A stretch of DNA of 64,000 nucleotides from the human T2T-CHM13v2.0 reference genome, Homo sapiens, in assembly GCF_009914755.1 (NCBI RefSeq), contig NC_060926.1. One strand, given 5' to 3'. Positions 1-14,923 of this stretch are shown one piece after another. Within the stretch, counting starts at the first letter, position 1, and each line of letters opens with the position of its first letter. The notes under the pieces were generated by a model. The model worked only from the letters and a program-made list of their open reading frames with translations. It searched no databases and was not told where the DNA came from. Position numbers and translations under genes: made by a program.

Positions 1-1155
1 ATGCCCAATAACAAATCATAAATAAATTTGATACCTTATATAAAATAGATAAACTAACAAATAAATAACTTAGAAGAAATGGAAAACATGAATAAGATTA
101 CATTTATTAAAAAGTTTGAATTTGTAATAAAAACTTCTCCATGGTTAAACCCTATTGAATATTTAAGGAAGAAATAATATCAACCGTATTGAAACTAGAG
201 GAGGGAAAGATTGTTAACTCATTTTCTGAAGACAGCATAATTCTGAAACCAATAGAGTATTGTAGCAAAAACAGTAAAATAAAATTACAATCAAATACAC
301 TTCAAGAACATACATTCAAAAATCCTTAAACAAATTTTTCTGAATAGAATCCAGCAATGTATAAAAATGATAATACTTTATGATCAATGGGATTTATCCC
401 ACGGATGAAGAGTTGGTTTACGTTTAAAAGAACAGTGAATGCAAATCATCATATTTATAGAATACATTATTAAATCTATTTATAGAATAAGAAATATACA
501 TTTTAATAATGTAGAACTATCATTTAGCAATTTTCATCAGCTATGCATGATAAAAAAAAAAAGCAACTCTCTGCAAAATAAGAATAGAATGCAACATCAT
601 CACCCTGATTAAGTAAAATAAAAACAGCTTACAGGTAAATTCGTAATTAGTAGTGAAACTCTAAATACTCCCCTCTCACATTCAGGAACAAGACAAGAAT
701 GTCTGCTCTCTATTTCTTATTAGATGTCCTAGCCAGTGTTCTAAGTCAAGAAAAATACATAAAAATATAAAGACTAGAAAAGAAGTAGTAAACTCTTTAT
801 TAATAGAAAACATAGTATTTCTAAAAATAATTAAATAACTTTTAGTACCAATAAAGTTAGGAAAAAATAGAAACTTAAACTATATTTCTATAATTAAGCA
901 TCAAACAATTGGAGAATGAATTATTTTAAAAATCATTTTCAATAGCATCAAAAACGCTACATTGCTTAGAATAAAAATAACAAAAGATGTGCAAAACCTC
1001 TAAGTTAAAAACATGAACTATTGCTAAAAGAAACTGAAGAAAAACTTAGGTAACTTGAAGATATACCAACTTCACGAATTAGAAGACATTAAGATGCCTG
1101 TAAATTCAACACAATCCTAATCAAAATCTCAGTTGGCGTTTTTCTACAATTGTTT
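1..1155 (+). mobile_element. Old L1M (LINE-1) ORF2 fragment, degenerate
   Basis: A-rich L1 ORF2-like motifs (ctagaagaaatgga, gggatttatccc, aggaacaagacaagaatgtc, aaattcaacacaatcctaatcaaaatc) and no open frame. Confidence 0.8.
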
Positions 1156-1157
1156 AT

Positions 1158-1500
1158 AGTAGTCCTCCTCTTCTCTGCAGGGAATATGTTCCAAGACCCC
1201 CAGGGGATGCCTGAAACCGCAGATAGTACTGAACTCTACATACCCTGTGTTTTTTTCTATCACTTAGGTAACATAAAGTTTAATTTATGAACTGGGCATA
1301 GCGAGAGACTAATAACAATAATAATAAAATAGAACAATTCTAAATATATTGTAATAAAAGTTACATGAGTATGGTCCTTCAAAATATCTTATTGTACTGC
1401 ACTTATCCTTTTTTTTCTTGTAATGATAAAGGGGCACAGAAAGATGGCATGAGATTTCATCACACTATTGGGAACAATGTACAATTTAACACTTATGATT
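1158..1500 (+). mobile_element. MER44/Tigger7-type DNA transposon, 5' part
   Basis: Starts tagtagtcctcctc...atgttccaagacccccag..gatgcctgaaaccgcagatagtactgaac, matching the recalled MER44 consensus. Interrupted by an L1 at ~1501. Confidence 0.8.
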
Positions 1501-1861
1501 CTTTGTTTTTTAATAATTTTAATTTTATTTTAAATACAAGGGGTACATGTGCAGGTTTGTTACATGGTTTTATTGTGTGATGGGTTTGGGGTACGGATAC
1601 CATCACCCACGTGGTGAGCATAGTACCCAATAGGTAATTTTTCAATTCACAACCCCCTCCCTCCCACCCCTCTCTAGTAGTCTCCAATCTTTATTGTTCT
1701 CATCTTTATATTCATGTGTACTTAATGTTTAGCTCCCACATAGAAGTCAGACCATTTCCTATTCCTATGTTAATTTGCTTAGGATAACAGCCTCCAGCTG
1801 CATCCATGTTGTTGCAAAGGACATGATTTCATTCTTTTTAATGGCTAGGTAGTATTCCATG

Positions 1862-1909
<48 letters not shown>

Positions 1910-2261
1910 GTATATATATATATATACATACACATATATATGTACACACATACACATACCACATTTTCTTTATCCAATTCACCACTGACGGGCACTTAGA
2001 TTGATTCCATGTTTTAACTTTTGTGAATAGTATGGTGATGAACATATGAGTGCATGTGTATGTAGCCACACACCTATAACCATCTTATCTTTGACGAAGC
2101 TGACAAAAGCAAACAATGAGGAAAAGACTCCTTATTCAATAAATGGTGCTGGGATAATTGGCTATCCATATGCAGAATTAAACTGAACTTTATCTTTCAT
2201 CATATGTAAAAATTAAAATTAACTGAAAATGAATTGAAGATTTAAATGTAAAACCTCAAAC
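1501..2261 (-). mobile_element. L1P (L1PB/old L1PA) 3' end with inverted 5' segment, inserted in MER44
   Basis: 1501-~2059 is minus-strand L1 3'UTR/ORF2 end (T-rich tail, gggtacatgtgcaggtttgttacat). ~2065-2261 is plus-strand ORF2 (ccacacacctataaccatc...aatgtaaaacctcaaact). Contains a (TG)n/(TA)n tract at 1864-1958. Confidence 0.85.
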
Positions 2262-2366
2262 TAAGAATTGTTTATTATTGGGATTTTTCCATTTAATATT
2301 TTGGGACTGAGGTTGACTGTAGATAACTGAAACTGTGGAAAGTGAAACTGCAGATAAGGGAGATGC
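2262..2366 (+). mobile_element. MER44/Tigger7-type, 3' part
   Basis: gaattgtttatt..ggatttttccatttaatatttt...gttgactgtagataactgaaactgtggaaagtgaaactgcagataaggg is the MER44 3' terminus, inverted-complementary to 1160-1182. Confidence 0.8.
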
Positions 2367-2369
2367 CTT

Positions 2370-2900
2370 ATGTATTCTATAATTTCTACAGAAATGCAAA
2401 GCATTTATACAAGACATTACTACTTAAAATGAAGAATGAATTAAACGACTCGAACTCTGGTTTTAAATTTTCTGTAAAGTTACAGTATCAAAACAACATG
2501 ATATAGGTAAAATGGTACACAAATAGATCAATGGAACAGAATAGAGTCTGTAGAGACCCATATATACATGATTAAATAACTTTTAGATAAAGATGCCAGG
2601 GCAATTTAATTGGAAAACGAATGTCTTTTCAAAAACTTCCACTACAACAACTTGATAACCACATGCAACAAAATCCCAGCTCTCTCTAACATTATGCAAA
2701 ACAATTAATTTGAGATGATTAAAGACCTAAATGTAAAAGCTACTACTGAAATGCGTCCAGAAGAAAATGTAGGAGAATCTCTTCCCAACTTTGAGATGAG
2801 TAAACATTTACCAGATATTACATTAAGAAACTGGGAAAATTGAGTATTAGATAACAGTAAATTTGCCATCGTTAAAATTTAAGACGTTTTTTATACATCA
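2370..2900 (+). mobile_element. Old L1M ORF2 fragment (continuation of 1-1155)
   Basis: atagatcaatggaacagaatagag, aaagatgccagggcaatt, gacctaaatgtaaaagct. Confidence 0.75.
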
Positions 2901-3014
2901 CAGGCCACTGTGATAATTGAATGTTATAATGGGCATGGAAATATTTTAAAGTATATAAACACTAAACACATTTATTTTTCTTCAATAGACAGTCTTCATA
3001 CCCTTACACTCATA

Positions 3015-4030
3015 TGTATTCTATTAGCAAACATTTATCTGTGCAGGCTATGTCCAAGCACTAAGCTAGGCTCTAAGAATAAAGAATTAAGCAAATCATG
3101 GTCTCTGCCCAGCTCAAGGAACTTGCCATCTACTAATTTACATTTACAATTCAATGTGAGAAGAGCTATTCCAAAAGTAAGTCTAGGATACTAGAGTCAT
3201 TAATCGAAGCCTGTTCTAGGACTCAGAGAGTCACATCTAAATGGAGAACTAAAAGCTAGAGAGAAATTTACCAGTTGAAGAAATAAAGTGTGACTTTTGG
3301 GAGGTGGGAGAGTAGAGGGAGTTTGAAATGGAGAAGAGCTATTCCATCCAGAAAGAACAAAAACATATGCAAAGGTTCTGGGGAGAGAGAAAGATGGAGC
3401 ATATGATTTGGAATGACTGAGCACAGAGCACAGTAAGGTGTGGCTGAAGACAAAGGTGAGAAATAAGCTGGATACAAAAGCAAGGATATGATTTTTGTAA
3501 ATTATATTTAGGGCATTCAATTTTCATGCTAGCATCAATGGGAAGATAGTGAAGTCTTTGGTTTGTTTGCTGTTAGCAGGAAATAATGAGATGAACTAGA
3601 AATTCTCTAGTGATAATATGAAAAATAGATTGTGTTTGTTGCCAGGGGTGTGGTGGACTAAAACTAGAGTCAAAGAAGCCTGTAAAGAAACAGAAATGTA
3701 CAGATGATAGGCATTCAACACTTAAACAAGGCAGCAGCAGGAGGTCTGGAGAGCAACGAGTAGAATGGTTTTGAAAGATACTTGACAGAATTTGCTTTCT
3801 AGATGTGGAGAGTGGGAAAGGGTAAAAAGTAAAGATGTCCTCCATCATTCTAGGTGTTACAAGTTGGAGAAACTGTCTCATCTTGTCCTTTGTTGCAGCA
3901 TAGTCAAAAGGAAAAGTGGTGCAGGTGTCCATGGGTTTGAGCAAGAAGGAGGTCTTTGGTGGAGTAATGAAAAGATCTTCAGCATCGTGATGGGGCAAAA
4001 GATGAATTTCAGTAGTTTAAATAGTAAATA
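3015..4030 (-). mobile_element. L2 fragments
   Basis: L2 3'-end motif (caaacatttat...tatgtccaagcact...ggtctctgccc..caaggaactt) followed by purine-rich L2 body. Confidence 0.6.
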
Positions 4031-4738
4031 GGAAGAGAACAGGTCATACTGTTTTGGAAATTTCTAGTAACTGTGAAGAGAAGAAAAAAAGGCTGTATGT
4101 AACTAAGGGAAACAAGGAGTCAAGAGTAGAGATTTTTTTTTAAGATGAAAGATATTTACTTATGGTTAAATATATTGCAAGAAAGCCAGAAGACAGGGAG
4201 AGAAGAGTTACAGCAAAAGAGGAGAATAATTTACATAGTGATTTGTAAGGAATGTGCATATGCATGTGGGGAATGGGGAGCAGGGGGGTGGGGGGTGAAG
4301 AGAGAGAAAGGCAAGAGGTAGCTGAAACCCACATCACAGGTTAACCCTGAAGGAAGGACATCTTTTCCACTGTATCCAGAAAGCATGCTTGTATGTATGA
4401 TGGACGACAGTTGAAAGAGTTCCTGCTTAGTACCCCTTTTTTTCTTATTTGTGTGTCTGTATGTGTGTGTCTAATAAGAAATGAGGCCATCTGCTAATAA
4501 TCTTGGAAGAGAAATAATGTATGAAAAGTGGGCAATTTTAAAATAGACTGTGTTTAAAAAATGGGGAGGAGGCTAACTAGCAGCATATAAGTTTGCTGAG
4601 TTTCTAGTTCATGTTGGTTACCTGGAGTATATATAGCATGAAACTCCATAGATGCATCCTTTGGTTCAGCAATGTTCAGGAACCTAAGCTAATACAAAGA
4701 AGTTGGACCACTGGGCTGCTTCATAATAGTGATTTTTC

Positions 4739-5032
4739 TTTTTCCTTTTTTTTTGGACGAAGTTCCACTCTTGTTGTCCAGGCTGGAGTGCAGTGGCATG
4801 ACCTCAGCTCTCTGCAACCTCCGCCTCCTGGGTTCAAGCCTCAGCATCAGCCACTGGAGTAGCTGGGATTACAGGCGCCTGGCACCACGCCCGGCTAATT
4901 TTTTGTATTTGTAGTAGAGACGGGGTTTCACCATGTTGGCCGGGCTGGTCTCGAACTCCTGCCTTCAGGTGATCCACCCTCCTCGGCCTCCCAAACTGCT
5001 GGGATTACAGGCGTGAGCCACCGCGCCCAGCC
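4739..5032 (-). mobile_element. AluS
   Basis: Full minus-strand Alu. TSD taatagtgatttttc at 4724-4738 and 5035-5049. Confidence 0.95.
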
Positions 5033-6449
5033 TGTAATAGTGATTTTTCAAGTCAATGTGGCAGAAAATAAGAAGAAAATCTGAGGCTGTTAGTAAGGGT
5101 GATTGAAATGAAAGACCCTTTTGCATAAGCTGGACACAGAAAGAAACGAAAAGAGGAGGCTGAGAGATAAAGTACATGAATGGGAGTTTTTCAGACTGAG
5201 GATCTCGACAAGAGTATAGAATTCAGTTAGTCAGTCATGGATAAGGCACCAGAAAAGGAAGAGAAGATTCTAGATAGAGAATAGCAGATTTAAATATAAG
5301 ATCTTAAAGCTGAATGGTTCCTAGGTAAGGCAAAGCCTGAGAGTATGTAACTGAAGTTGGGTGGACAGAAAGTGCAACTGGGACCAATGAGGTCAAGGTT
5401 TGGAATGATTATCAGAGCAGACATAGGAATTACTCAGTATAATGGTTTGAGTGGAAATGGAGAGGAAGAGTCAAGTATGGTAGGAGGAAGAAAAGTGAGA
5501 AAAGCAAGAGGAACAATCCATCGAGGTTATTACAGGCAGACAGAACACCTATGCAAGGTCACAGACACCCAGAAGAAGGCAGCAAGTTTCAGACCCACAA
5601 GTGCTGCTGCCCGGAGCACAGGGAAGGGGAGAAGGGGAGCAAAGAGAGGGAGTCTGCAGAGACCTCGGACTTTCATTTTACATAATGGGACTTATGAAGG
5701 CATTTTCTCAACAGATAAACAGACAAATAGCTACATATTTACAAACATACTTGTCCAAACTTTGTGGACTTAAGTGGCAGGTTACATGACAGCAGAGATG
5801 TGAAAAGGCATTGTCATTACATCTGAATTGAAAAAGTCATCGAAAACTTAAATAGTGGTTATTAAAGCTTCCAAAAGGTGCTATATCCAGAAACATTCTA
5901 GAACTAGAAAGCTGATGAGAAGGTGACTTTAAAATGAATAAAGATGTTTGCAGCAGGAAATAAAAATAAAATAAAAGAGCTGCTGGTAGAGAGAGACAGA
6001 GTTGGTCCATAATTAATACGAACATCAATCTTTTTGAATGTCAGGATGAAAGCTTATTCTTGCTAAAATAATTTGATTCACTGTCTCTTAAAATAGCATA
6101 CAAGGGGAGAGAAAGAAGCATGGCAAGGAAAAGGTTTGTGAAAACAATAGTGCCTAGTTTCTTCCCTAGATTCCTTTGGTGTGCAAAAGAGGGAAAGTTC
6201 TTTTATGTTAGATGCTGGGTCAGTCTGCTCCTGGCGCCACCCTCTGGGAAAAGCAGGCACTGGTTTGAGCAGTTGAGATAGCCTCAGAGAACAGGAAGTT
6301 CCTTGATCAATGTATATTAGAAAGGAAGTCATGTTCCAGAGGTATTTCAGCCTAAAGTGCAATCTTTCCTCATCATGCAACCTAGAAGTGTCCCTGAAAA
6401 ACGCTGACATTATGTTTCACATAACATCAGTATGACACATTGCATAATA

Positions 6450-6680
6450 CAGCATTGCAATTAACTTTACTGAGGAGCTGCTATGGGGCAGGCATGTGCT
6501 TTATACATGTCACTTCCTTTAGTCGTTACATCCGCCCTATGTGGAAGACATAATCCCTATTTGGAAAGAGGAAAACAGATACTTGGAAAGGTTAAGTGTT
6601 AAATAATATATCTTGGAGGTAAGCTGCTGTCTCTGTGGCTGCGCACCCTATGATCTTTCCACCATGTCACACTGCCTTCC
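6450..6680 (-). mobile_element. MIR
   Basis: tttactgag...gtgctttatacat...gaggaaaacagatacttggaaaggttaagt. Confidence 0.6.
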
Positions 6681-6984
6681 AAACAAGAGTCTCTTTGGTC
6701 AATGGTACTTCCTTAGAAAAGATTCAGAAAGGACATGACAAATTACATCCTGCTTCAGCTTACAGCAATGCTCTTTCCAGTTCAGTGGCTCTGCAGTGAA
6801 CAGAGATCAGACCCACGACCTCAGGCTAGTAAACCAGAGCCCAGCAGCCCTTTACTACCATACCTGGAAACTAATCACCGTCAGAGAATACCCTAAAGCA
6901 GAGTGGTGATATTTGTCCTTTCCTGATGCTGGGTCTCAGTCCCACAGAGAGAGGGCCAGTGTGTCCTGGTGATAATCTTAATTC

Positions 6985-7200
6985 ACACATTCATTCATCC
7001 AATGTGCATTTGGTGGGCACCATCTATGGGCTATGTGCTATGATGGGCATTCAGAATATACAGATCAATAAAGCAGCCTTTCTACTCTCAGTGAACTCAC
7101 AGATTAGTGAGGGCAAAATAATGAGAATCAATTATTACAAGGCAGTGTGGCAAGGGCAAAGGGAGCACTACACAACTATGGGAGTGGATAAAGGGAGAGA
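6985..7200 (-). mobile_element. L2 3' end
   Basis: cattcattcatccaatgtgcatttggtgggcaccatctatgggc. Confidence 0.55.
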
Positions 7201-9165
7201 TGCAGAGGTAGGTGAGTATGTCCCAGTGCTCTATGTGGATACTACAGACCACAGGGGCTCTTACATTCACTGTCTCCACAAACAGCTTGTGTTGGTGAAA
7301 GTGTTGCCACTTCAGAAATATCCATTTTTTCAGCTATAGGTCAATCCAGGAGCAAAGGAAAAATAAATCAATACTGAGGACTCACTTTTGTAAAGAGTCT
7401 AATGACTTTATAATAAAAGTGTTTCTACTATAAATTTGATGACAAGAAGACCAAAATATACTGGCTTGTTTACTGTTGGTTTCCAGAACTCAGTCTTCTT
7501 ACAGATTTCTGAAGATACAGTATTTTTATCTGAAGACAAATGTTATCATTGAGGAGTTGCATTCGCTGTGAGCAACAGATACCAGGCAAGTAGAGGTAAA
7601 GTACCTTTCTGCTCGTTTTTCCTCATAAAAATACAAAGTCTGGGAGTAAACTGTAGTTAGAATTGGTTTCAGTTGGTTTGGATTGTTTCTCCTTGCTTTG
7701 TCCTTACAGTCCATGTTGAGGGAGCTATGGCTGTTCTGGATGTGACTTGTGCCCTGGGCTGGAAGAAAGGGAGAAGCAGAGGGAAGCGGGTACACACCCG
7801 CTGAGTTGGCCTTTCTCAGCTTTCCTGGAAGCTGCACCCAACAACTTTTGCTTCTGTCAAAAAGACAACAGCTGTGTAACTGCCCCATCTGTAAGGGATT
7901 TCCCCCATGGAGCGCTATTAATAAGAAAAAGGGGGAAGAATGACTCTAGAGTGCACAAATATTAGTCTCAGTCACAATTATCGACCTTTATTTTTAGAAA
8001 ATGATGCTACTTTGGTGTTTTAGGAAAATGTTTATAAATTACTATGTGAATAAAGTTTAAGACAACAGGAAGAAAAACAAGTTAGTGTGTTCAGCTTCCC
8101 TACCAGTAACACAGAAATATTTCTTGCTCCAAAACCAGAGACCTGCAGACAAAAAGTCATGGTAGTGCTGATTTATTTGTACCAACTGATTCAATTTATG
8201 GGTTTGTATTCATTATTTTATCCTAGCCATTGCTTAAGAACCTTATGGTTATATGCTTAAGTACTGGTTCATAAACTATGTATCTTTCTTTTATAAAAAT
8301 GCAAAATGTCAAAAGAAAGAGGCTTATTTTTTTTCTGCTTCCGGATATCGAGTTTTAGGGAGAAAGAAAATATAGCGTGAAGTAAAAATGCAATCTGATT
8401 TGAAGTTGGTATTCTTGGCCTAGCAATTCCAGCTAGCAAAGCAATTTACTGATTCAAAATAGTACTCTTCTTGAAGAGGAAGCTGGTGTGTATGTATTTT
8501 TATATACGCATATATACATGTGTATATATATTAAAAATATATGTATATGTTATGCATATATGTACGTATTTAACATCTCATTTAGTATCTCAAGCACATA
8601 TTTTTTCTGAAACAGGTGCTTATATATTTTAGGTTTTAGTTGTTTGCTTTACTGCTGCCAAAGAACAAAAGCACTCCTTGGAGTGATTTCTCCCTTCCAT
8701 CAGAAGGAGACCCCTCAATGTTTCATGTAGGAAAAACCTCCGAATACTTCTTCCCATTCCAAGTGATAAATTGGTTGACCAACTTTTTCCAGCTGAAAAT
8801 ACTTGATCGACTTAGTCTCTTTCTATTCTTTTAAGATCTCAGCAGTTCTAACACTTTGTAATTTCTGAGGCACTACTATATTTTGGAAAAATCTTACTGA
8901 ACATGTTAACATTTAGTAAATAAAATGATTTCAGCTGAATAGCTATATTATCTATTTATATCCATTTATCTAGCTACACATAAATGATAAGACATTTGTT
9001 TATATCTATTATGAAACAGGACCTCTGCTGGCCACTGGGGCTTCAGATACAAACACATATCTGTGTGTCTTCAGTGTTGCCCATAATGGACAGAAGACTA
9101 CAACATCATGCAGTAAGTTCCACGATCGAAGCACAGGGACTTGAAACTGTATTTCTGAAATATAA

Positions 9166-9601
<436 letters not shown>

Positions 9602-9739
9602 TGATAATCATCATTTTTCCTAAACTAAGCACTCTTTGTTGTGCATTAGTGGAATATTTATGTGAGTTACACTCATACTCTTTGTAAAAGGCTTTGGATT
9701 CTTCTGAGGTCTTCAAAAAAATGTTAAAAAATTATGTTT

Positions 9740-10233
9740 TTCCCCTTTTTGGCACCAGGGACTAGTTTCGTGGAAGAAAATTTTTCCACAGACAGTGATG
9801 GAGGAGGGATGGTGGAGATGGTTTTGAGATGATTCAAGTGCATTACATTTATTGTGCACTTTATTTCTATTATTATTACACACTCACCATAATGTAGAAT
9901 CAGTGGGAACCCTGAGCTTGTTTTCCTGCAACTAGACGATCCCATATGGGGGTGATGGGAGACAGTGACAGATCTTCATACACAACCTAGGAGCACACAA
10001 CCTAGATCCCTTGCATGCGCAGTTCACAATAGGGTTTGCACTTCTAGGAGAATCTAATGCTGTGGCTGATCTGATAGGAGGCAGAGCTCAGCAGTAATGC
10101 CAGAGATGAGGAGCAGCTGTAAATACAGATGAAGCTTTGCTCCCTGGCCTGCCATTCACCTCCTGCAGTGCGGCCTGCTTCCTAACAGGCCTGGGATCAG
10201 TACTGGTCCATGGTCCCCGGTTGGGGACCCCTG
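9740..10233 (+). mobile_element. MER1A (hAT-Charlie) DNA transposon
   Basis: ctttttggcaccagggact.gtttcgtggaaga.aatttttccac ... acaacctagatccc.tgcatgcgcagttcacaatagggtt ... ggttggggacccctg terminus. Confidence 0.85.
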
Positions 10234-10603
10234 CCTTAGACCACTTAGCTATCTAACACACTGGCAATTATGCGTCAACTCAAAACAAAATGTTTAAATG
10301 TTGTTTTGAAGAAATATTCTTAATAAATCAACTTAATCTGCTGGTTTTAGACAGCTGAAAGTTTAAAAATTATTTTAATTTTACATAAAATAAGTACAAA
10401 TATTTTATTCTTCTGAACTTGAAAGTAACAAGATTCTTTATACAGTTGATACGTAGCATGTGCATGTGTGAGTGTATGAGTGAGTGTCTGAGTGTGTGTG
10501 AATGTGAGTGTGCATGCATGCATCTGTGATGTGATATAAAACCTATATTTATACCATATTTTTAAAAGAATTTTAAAAATTAACAGAAACAGCTCTTCCC
10601 ACA

Positions 10604-11586
10604 CTTCTGCACAGCAAAAGAAACTACCATCAGAGTGAACAGGCAACCTACAGAAGGAAGAACATTTTTGCAATCTACTCATCTGACAAAGGGCTAATAT
10701 CCAAAATCTACAAAGAACTCAAACAAATTTACAAGAAAAAAACAACCCCATCAAAAAGTGGGCAAAGGATATGAACAGACACTGCTCAAAAGAAGACATT
10801 TATGCAGCCAAAAGACACATGAAAAAATGCTCATCATCACTAGCCATCAGAGAAATGCAAATCAAAACCACAATGAGATACCATCTCACACCAGTTAGAA
10901 TGGTGATCATTAACAAGTCAGGAAACATCAGGTGCTGGAGAGGATGTGGAGAAATAGGAACACTTTTACACTCTTGGTGAGACTGTAAACTAGTTCAACC
11001 ATTGTGAAAGACAGTGTGGCGATTCCTTAAGGATCTAGAACTAGAAATACCATTTGACCCAGCAAACCCATTACTGGGTATACACCCAAAGGATTATAAA
11101 TCATACTGCTATAAAGACACATGCACACGTATGTTTATTGCGGCACTATGCACAATAGCAAAGACTTGGACCCAACCCAAATGTCCATCAATGGTAGACT
11201 GAATTAAGAAAATGTGGCACATATACACCATGGAATACTATGCAGCCATAAAAAAGAATGAGTTCATGTCCTTTGTAGGGACACGGATGAAGCCAGAAAC
11301 CATCATTCTCAGCAAACTATCACAAGGACAAAAAACCAAACACCTCATGTTCTCACTCATAGGTGGGAACTGAACAATGAGAACACTTGGACACAGGAAG
11401 GGGATCATCACACACTGGGGCCTATCATGGGGTGGGGGGAGGGAGGAGGGATAGCATTAGGAGATATACCTAATGTAAATGATGAGTTAATGGGTGCAAC
11501 ACACCAACATGGCACATGTATACATATGTAACAAACCTGCACATTGTGCACATGTACCCTAAAACTTAAAGTATAATTTAAAAAAA
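10604..11586 (+). mobile_element. L1PA 3' end (~1 kb, 5'-truncated)
   Basis: ORF2 C-terminal peptides ([24 protein letters not shown]; DTCTRMFIAAL), G-rich 3'UTR, ends taaagtataat plus A tail. Confidence 0.95.
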
Positions 11587-12084
11587 TATGGTATAAATGA
11601 GTTGCAAAAGCTATTGATGTTTTTTATAACTCTTGTCTAGAAAAGAACTGACAGTTCCTCTTTATGAAGAGACCAAATTCTAGACGAATTTTCTAGTGTC
11701 CTTGCAGATGCTTCCGAGTTTTTTGACTATTTGATTAGTTTTCTATTTAAAGGGATGTAGTATCTGCAGTAGATCCAAGCACAGGTGAAGGGGATGGGGA
11801 GAAGCAAGTTGGAACTCATGATTTGGGCAGGGTGCTCATCAGTAAAAAAGAGGCCTTAACATTTACCTCATTAAGGTATTGTGAGAATTAAAAGACACAA
11901 TGTATGTGAAGTGCTCATCCCAGTACATAGGAAGTGTCCTGTGATTAGGAGTTAACATTATTATTATCTAGCCATTAAAAAAACACCTTGTTACTCAGTT
12001 ATTCTCAGTTATTGAGTTGTTTAATTAAAATCAGTTGGGGCATAATCAAAGCACTGGCCTTTCAGTATGAAAAGGCAGAGACCA

Positions 12085-12373
<289 letters not shown>

Positions 12374-12679
12374 GAAAAGGCAGAGACCATTTACATAGTC
12401 CCCATTTCTACAGTGTTATTTACTAACACATCTTAAAATGTCAAGTGATTTTTTTTCTTGCTCAGAATATATGTAATTCAGACAGTAAAAAAATTTCGAT
12501 AAATAGAAATGTCAAAATATTAAATGATTTAAGACTAAATAAATTGGGCAATATTTTCAAAATATTCAATGTATTCCTTGATAAATACTTTTATTTTCTC
12601 CAATTGAAACATTTACAAAACTTTATTCCCTGTCAAACTGTCTGAAACACACTTTTGCTTTTCTTTGCAGTAAAATAAG

Positions 12680-13608
<929 letters not shown>

Positions 13609-14562
13609 GGAAGTATACATTTTTTAAAAACTTTTAAAAGAAAAGGAAAATAGCAATTCATAATCCTGTCATAACGTGAACTCCATGTTGACTCTGTTTC
13701 CCCTCCAACCCTCCTCTCATTGCTGGACTGTATTCACTTATTCACAATATTTCTCCTACAAGTGAATTTGAGTCCTTCCTCCTTCTTATTTATATTCCTT
13801 TGTACATCTCCTAATGTATACCAAGTGTTCTCAGGGAAAATTCAGAAAAGGGAAAATAAAGAAAAGACAACTTTAATGGGTCAGGAACCATATCATTTTT
13901 GGTTCTTTTCTAGAACATGGCACAGTGCTTGTACCAATAGATTCTCAGTCATATTTGCTGAATACATGAATAATGGGATGAGAACAAGAATACCAGTGGC
14001 AAATCACTGGGGATTTGAAGAATCAAGAATCAGCAGAGGATACAGCTGAAAAAACATTGAGAATTCACTTGGTCGCATCTTCCAATTTGCAGACGGAGAA
14101 GCTGAAGTCCAGAATTAAAAGAAAATGACTTACTTGAGATCACACAGCTTGTAAATGGCAGAGAGCTAAATGAATGAGAGTTAATATATCCCTTTCATAC
14201 TTTCTGTCTCTACTAGAATACCCAAAATAGAACTAAGGTTGTAATTACAGATCGAATCATTCAAAAAACACCACTTTCTCTTCATATTAAAAAAAATTAT
14301 GTAGACATTTTATAAACTAAAGCAGAGAAGAGAGCTGAGGTAAATATATTCTATCTATAGACCAGAACAAAATGGGGCAGTTTTTTCTTAACTTTCTACC
14401 ATTGTTCATTTTTAATATGAAAACCAAAGGCAATCTTTTTACCAAATGTCTAATTAGTTGTTAGCAGAGTAGGACAGGAGCTCAGCTCTCCTGGATTTAT
14501 ATCTAATGCTCTTTCCACCATATCCTCATACTAAGCAAAACATGTTTTATTAAAATACAGCA

Positions 14563-14923
<361 letters not shown>

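Noticed and set aside
5357-5773. 138-aa ORF (and 141-aa 3573-3998, 137-aa 6926-7339, 147-aa 43728-44171)
   Set aside because: No recognisable domain. Several overlap L2 relics or start at non-ATG codons, and the lengths are within chance for 64 kb in six frames.
10771-11202. ORFs resembling a reverse-transcriptase C-terminus (also 24921-25259, 62685-62960, 63288-63605)
   Set aside because: Fragments of 5'-truncated L1 ORF2 with stops and frameshifts, not genes.
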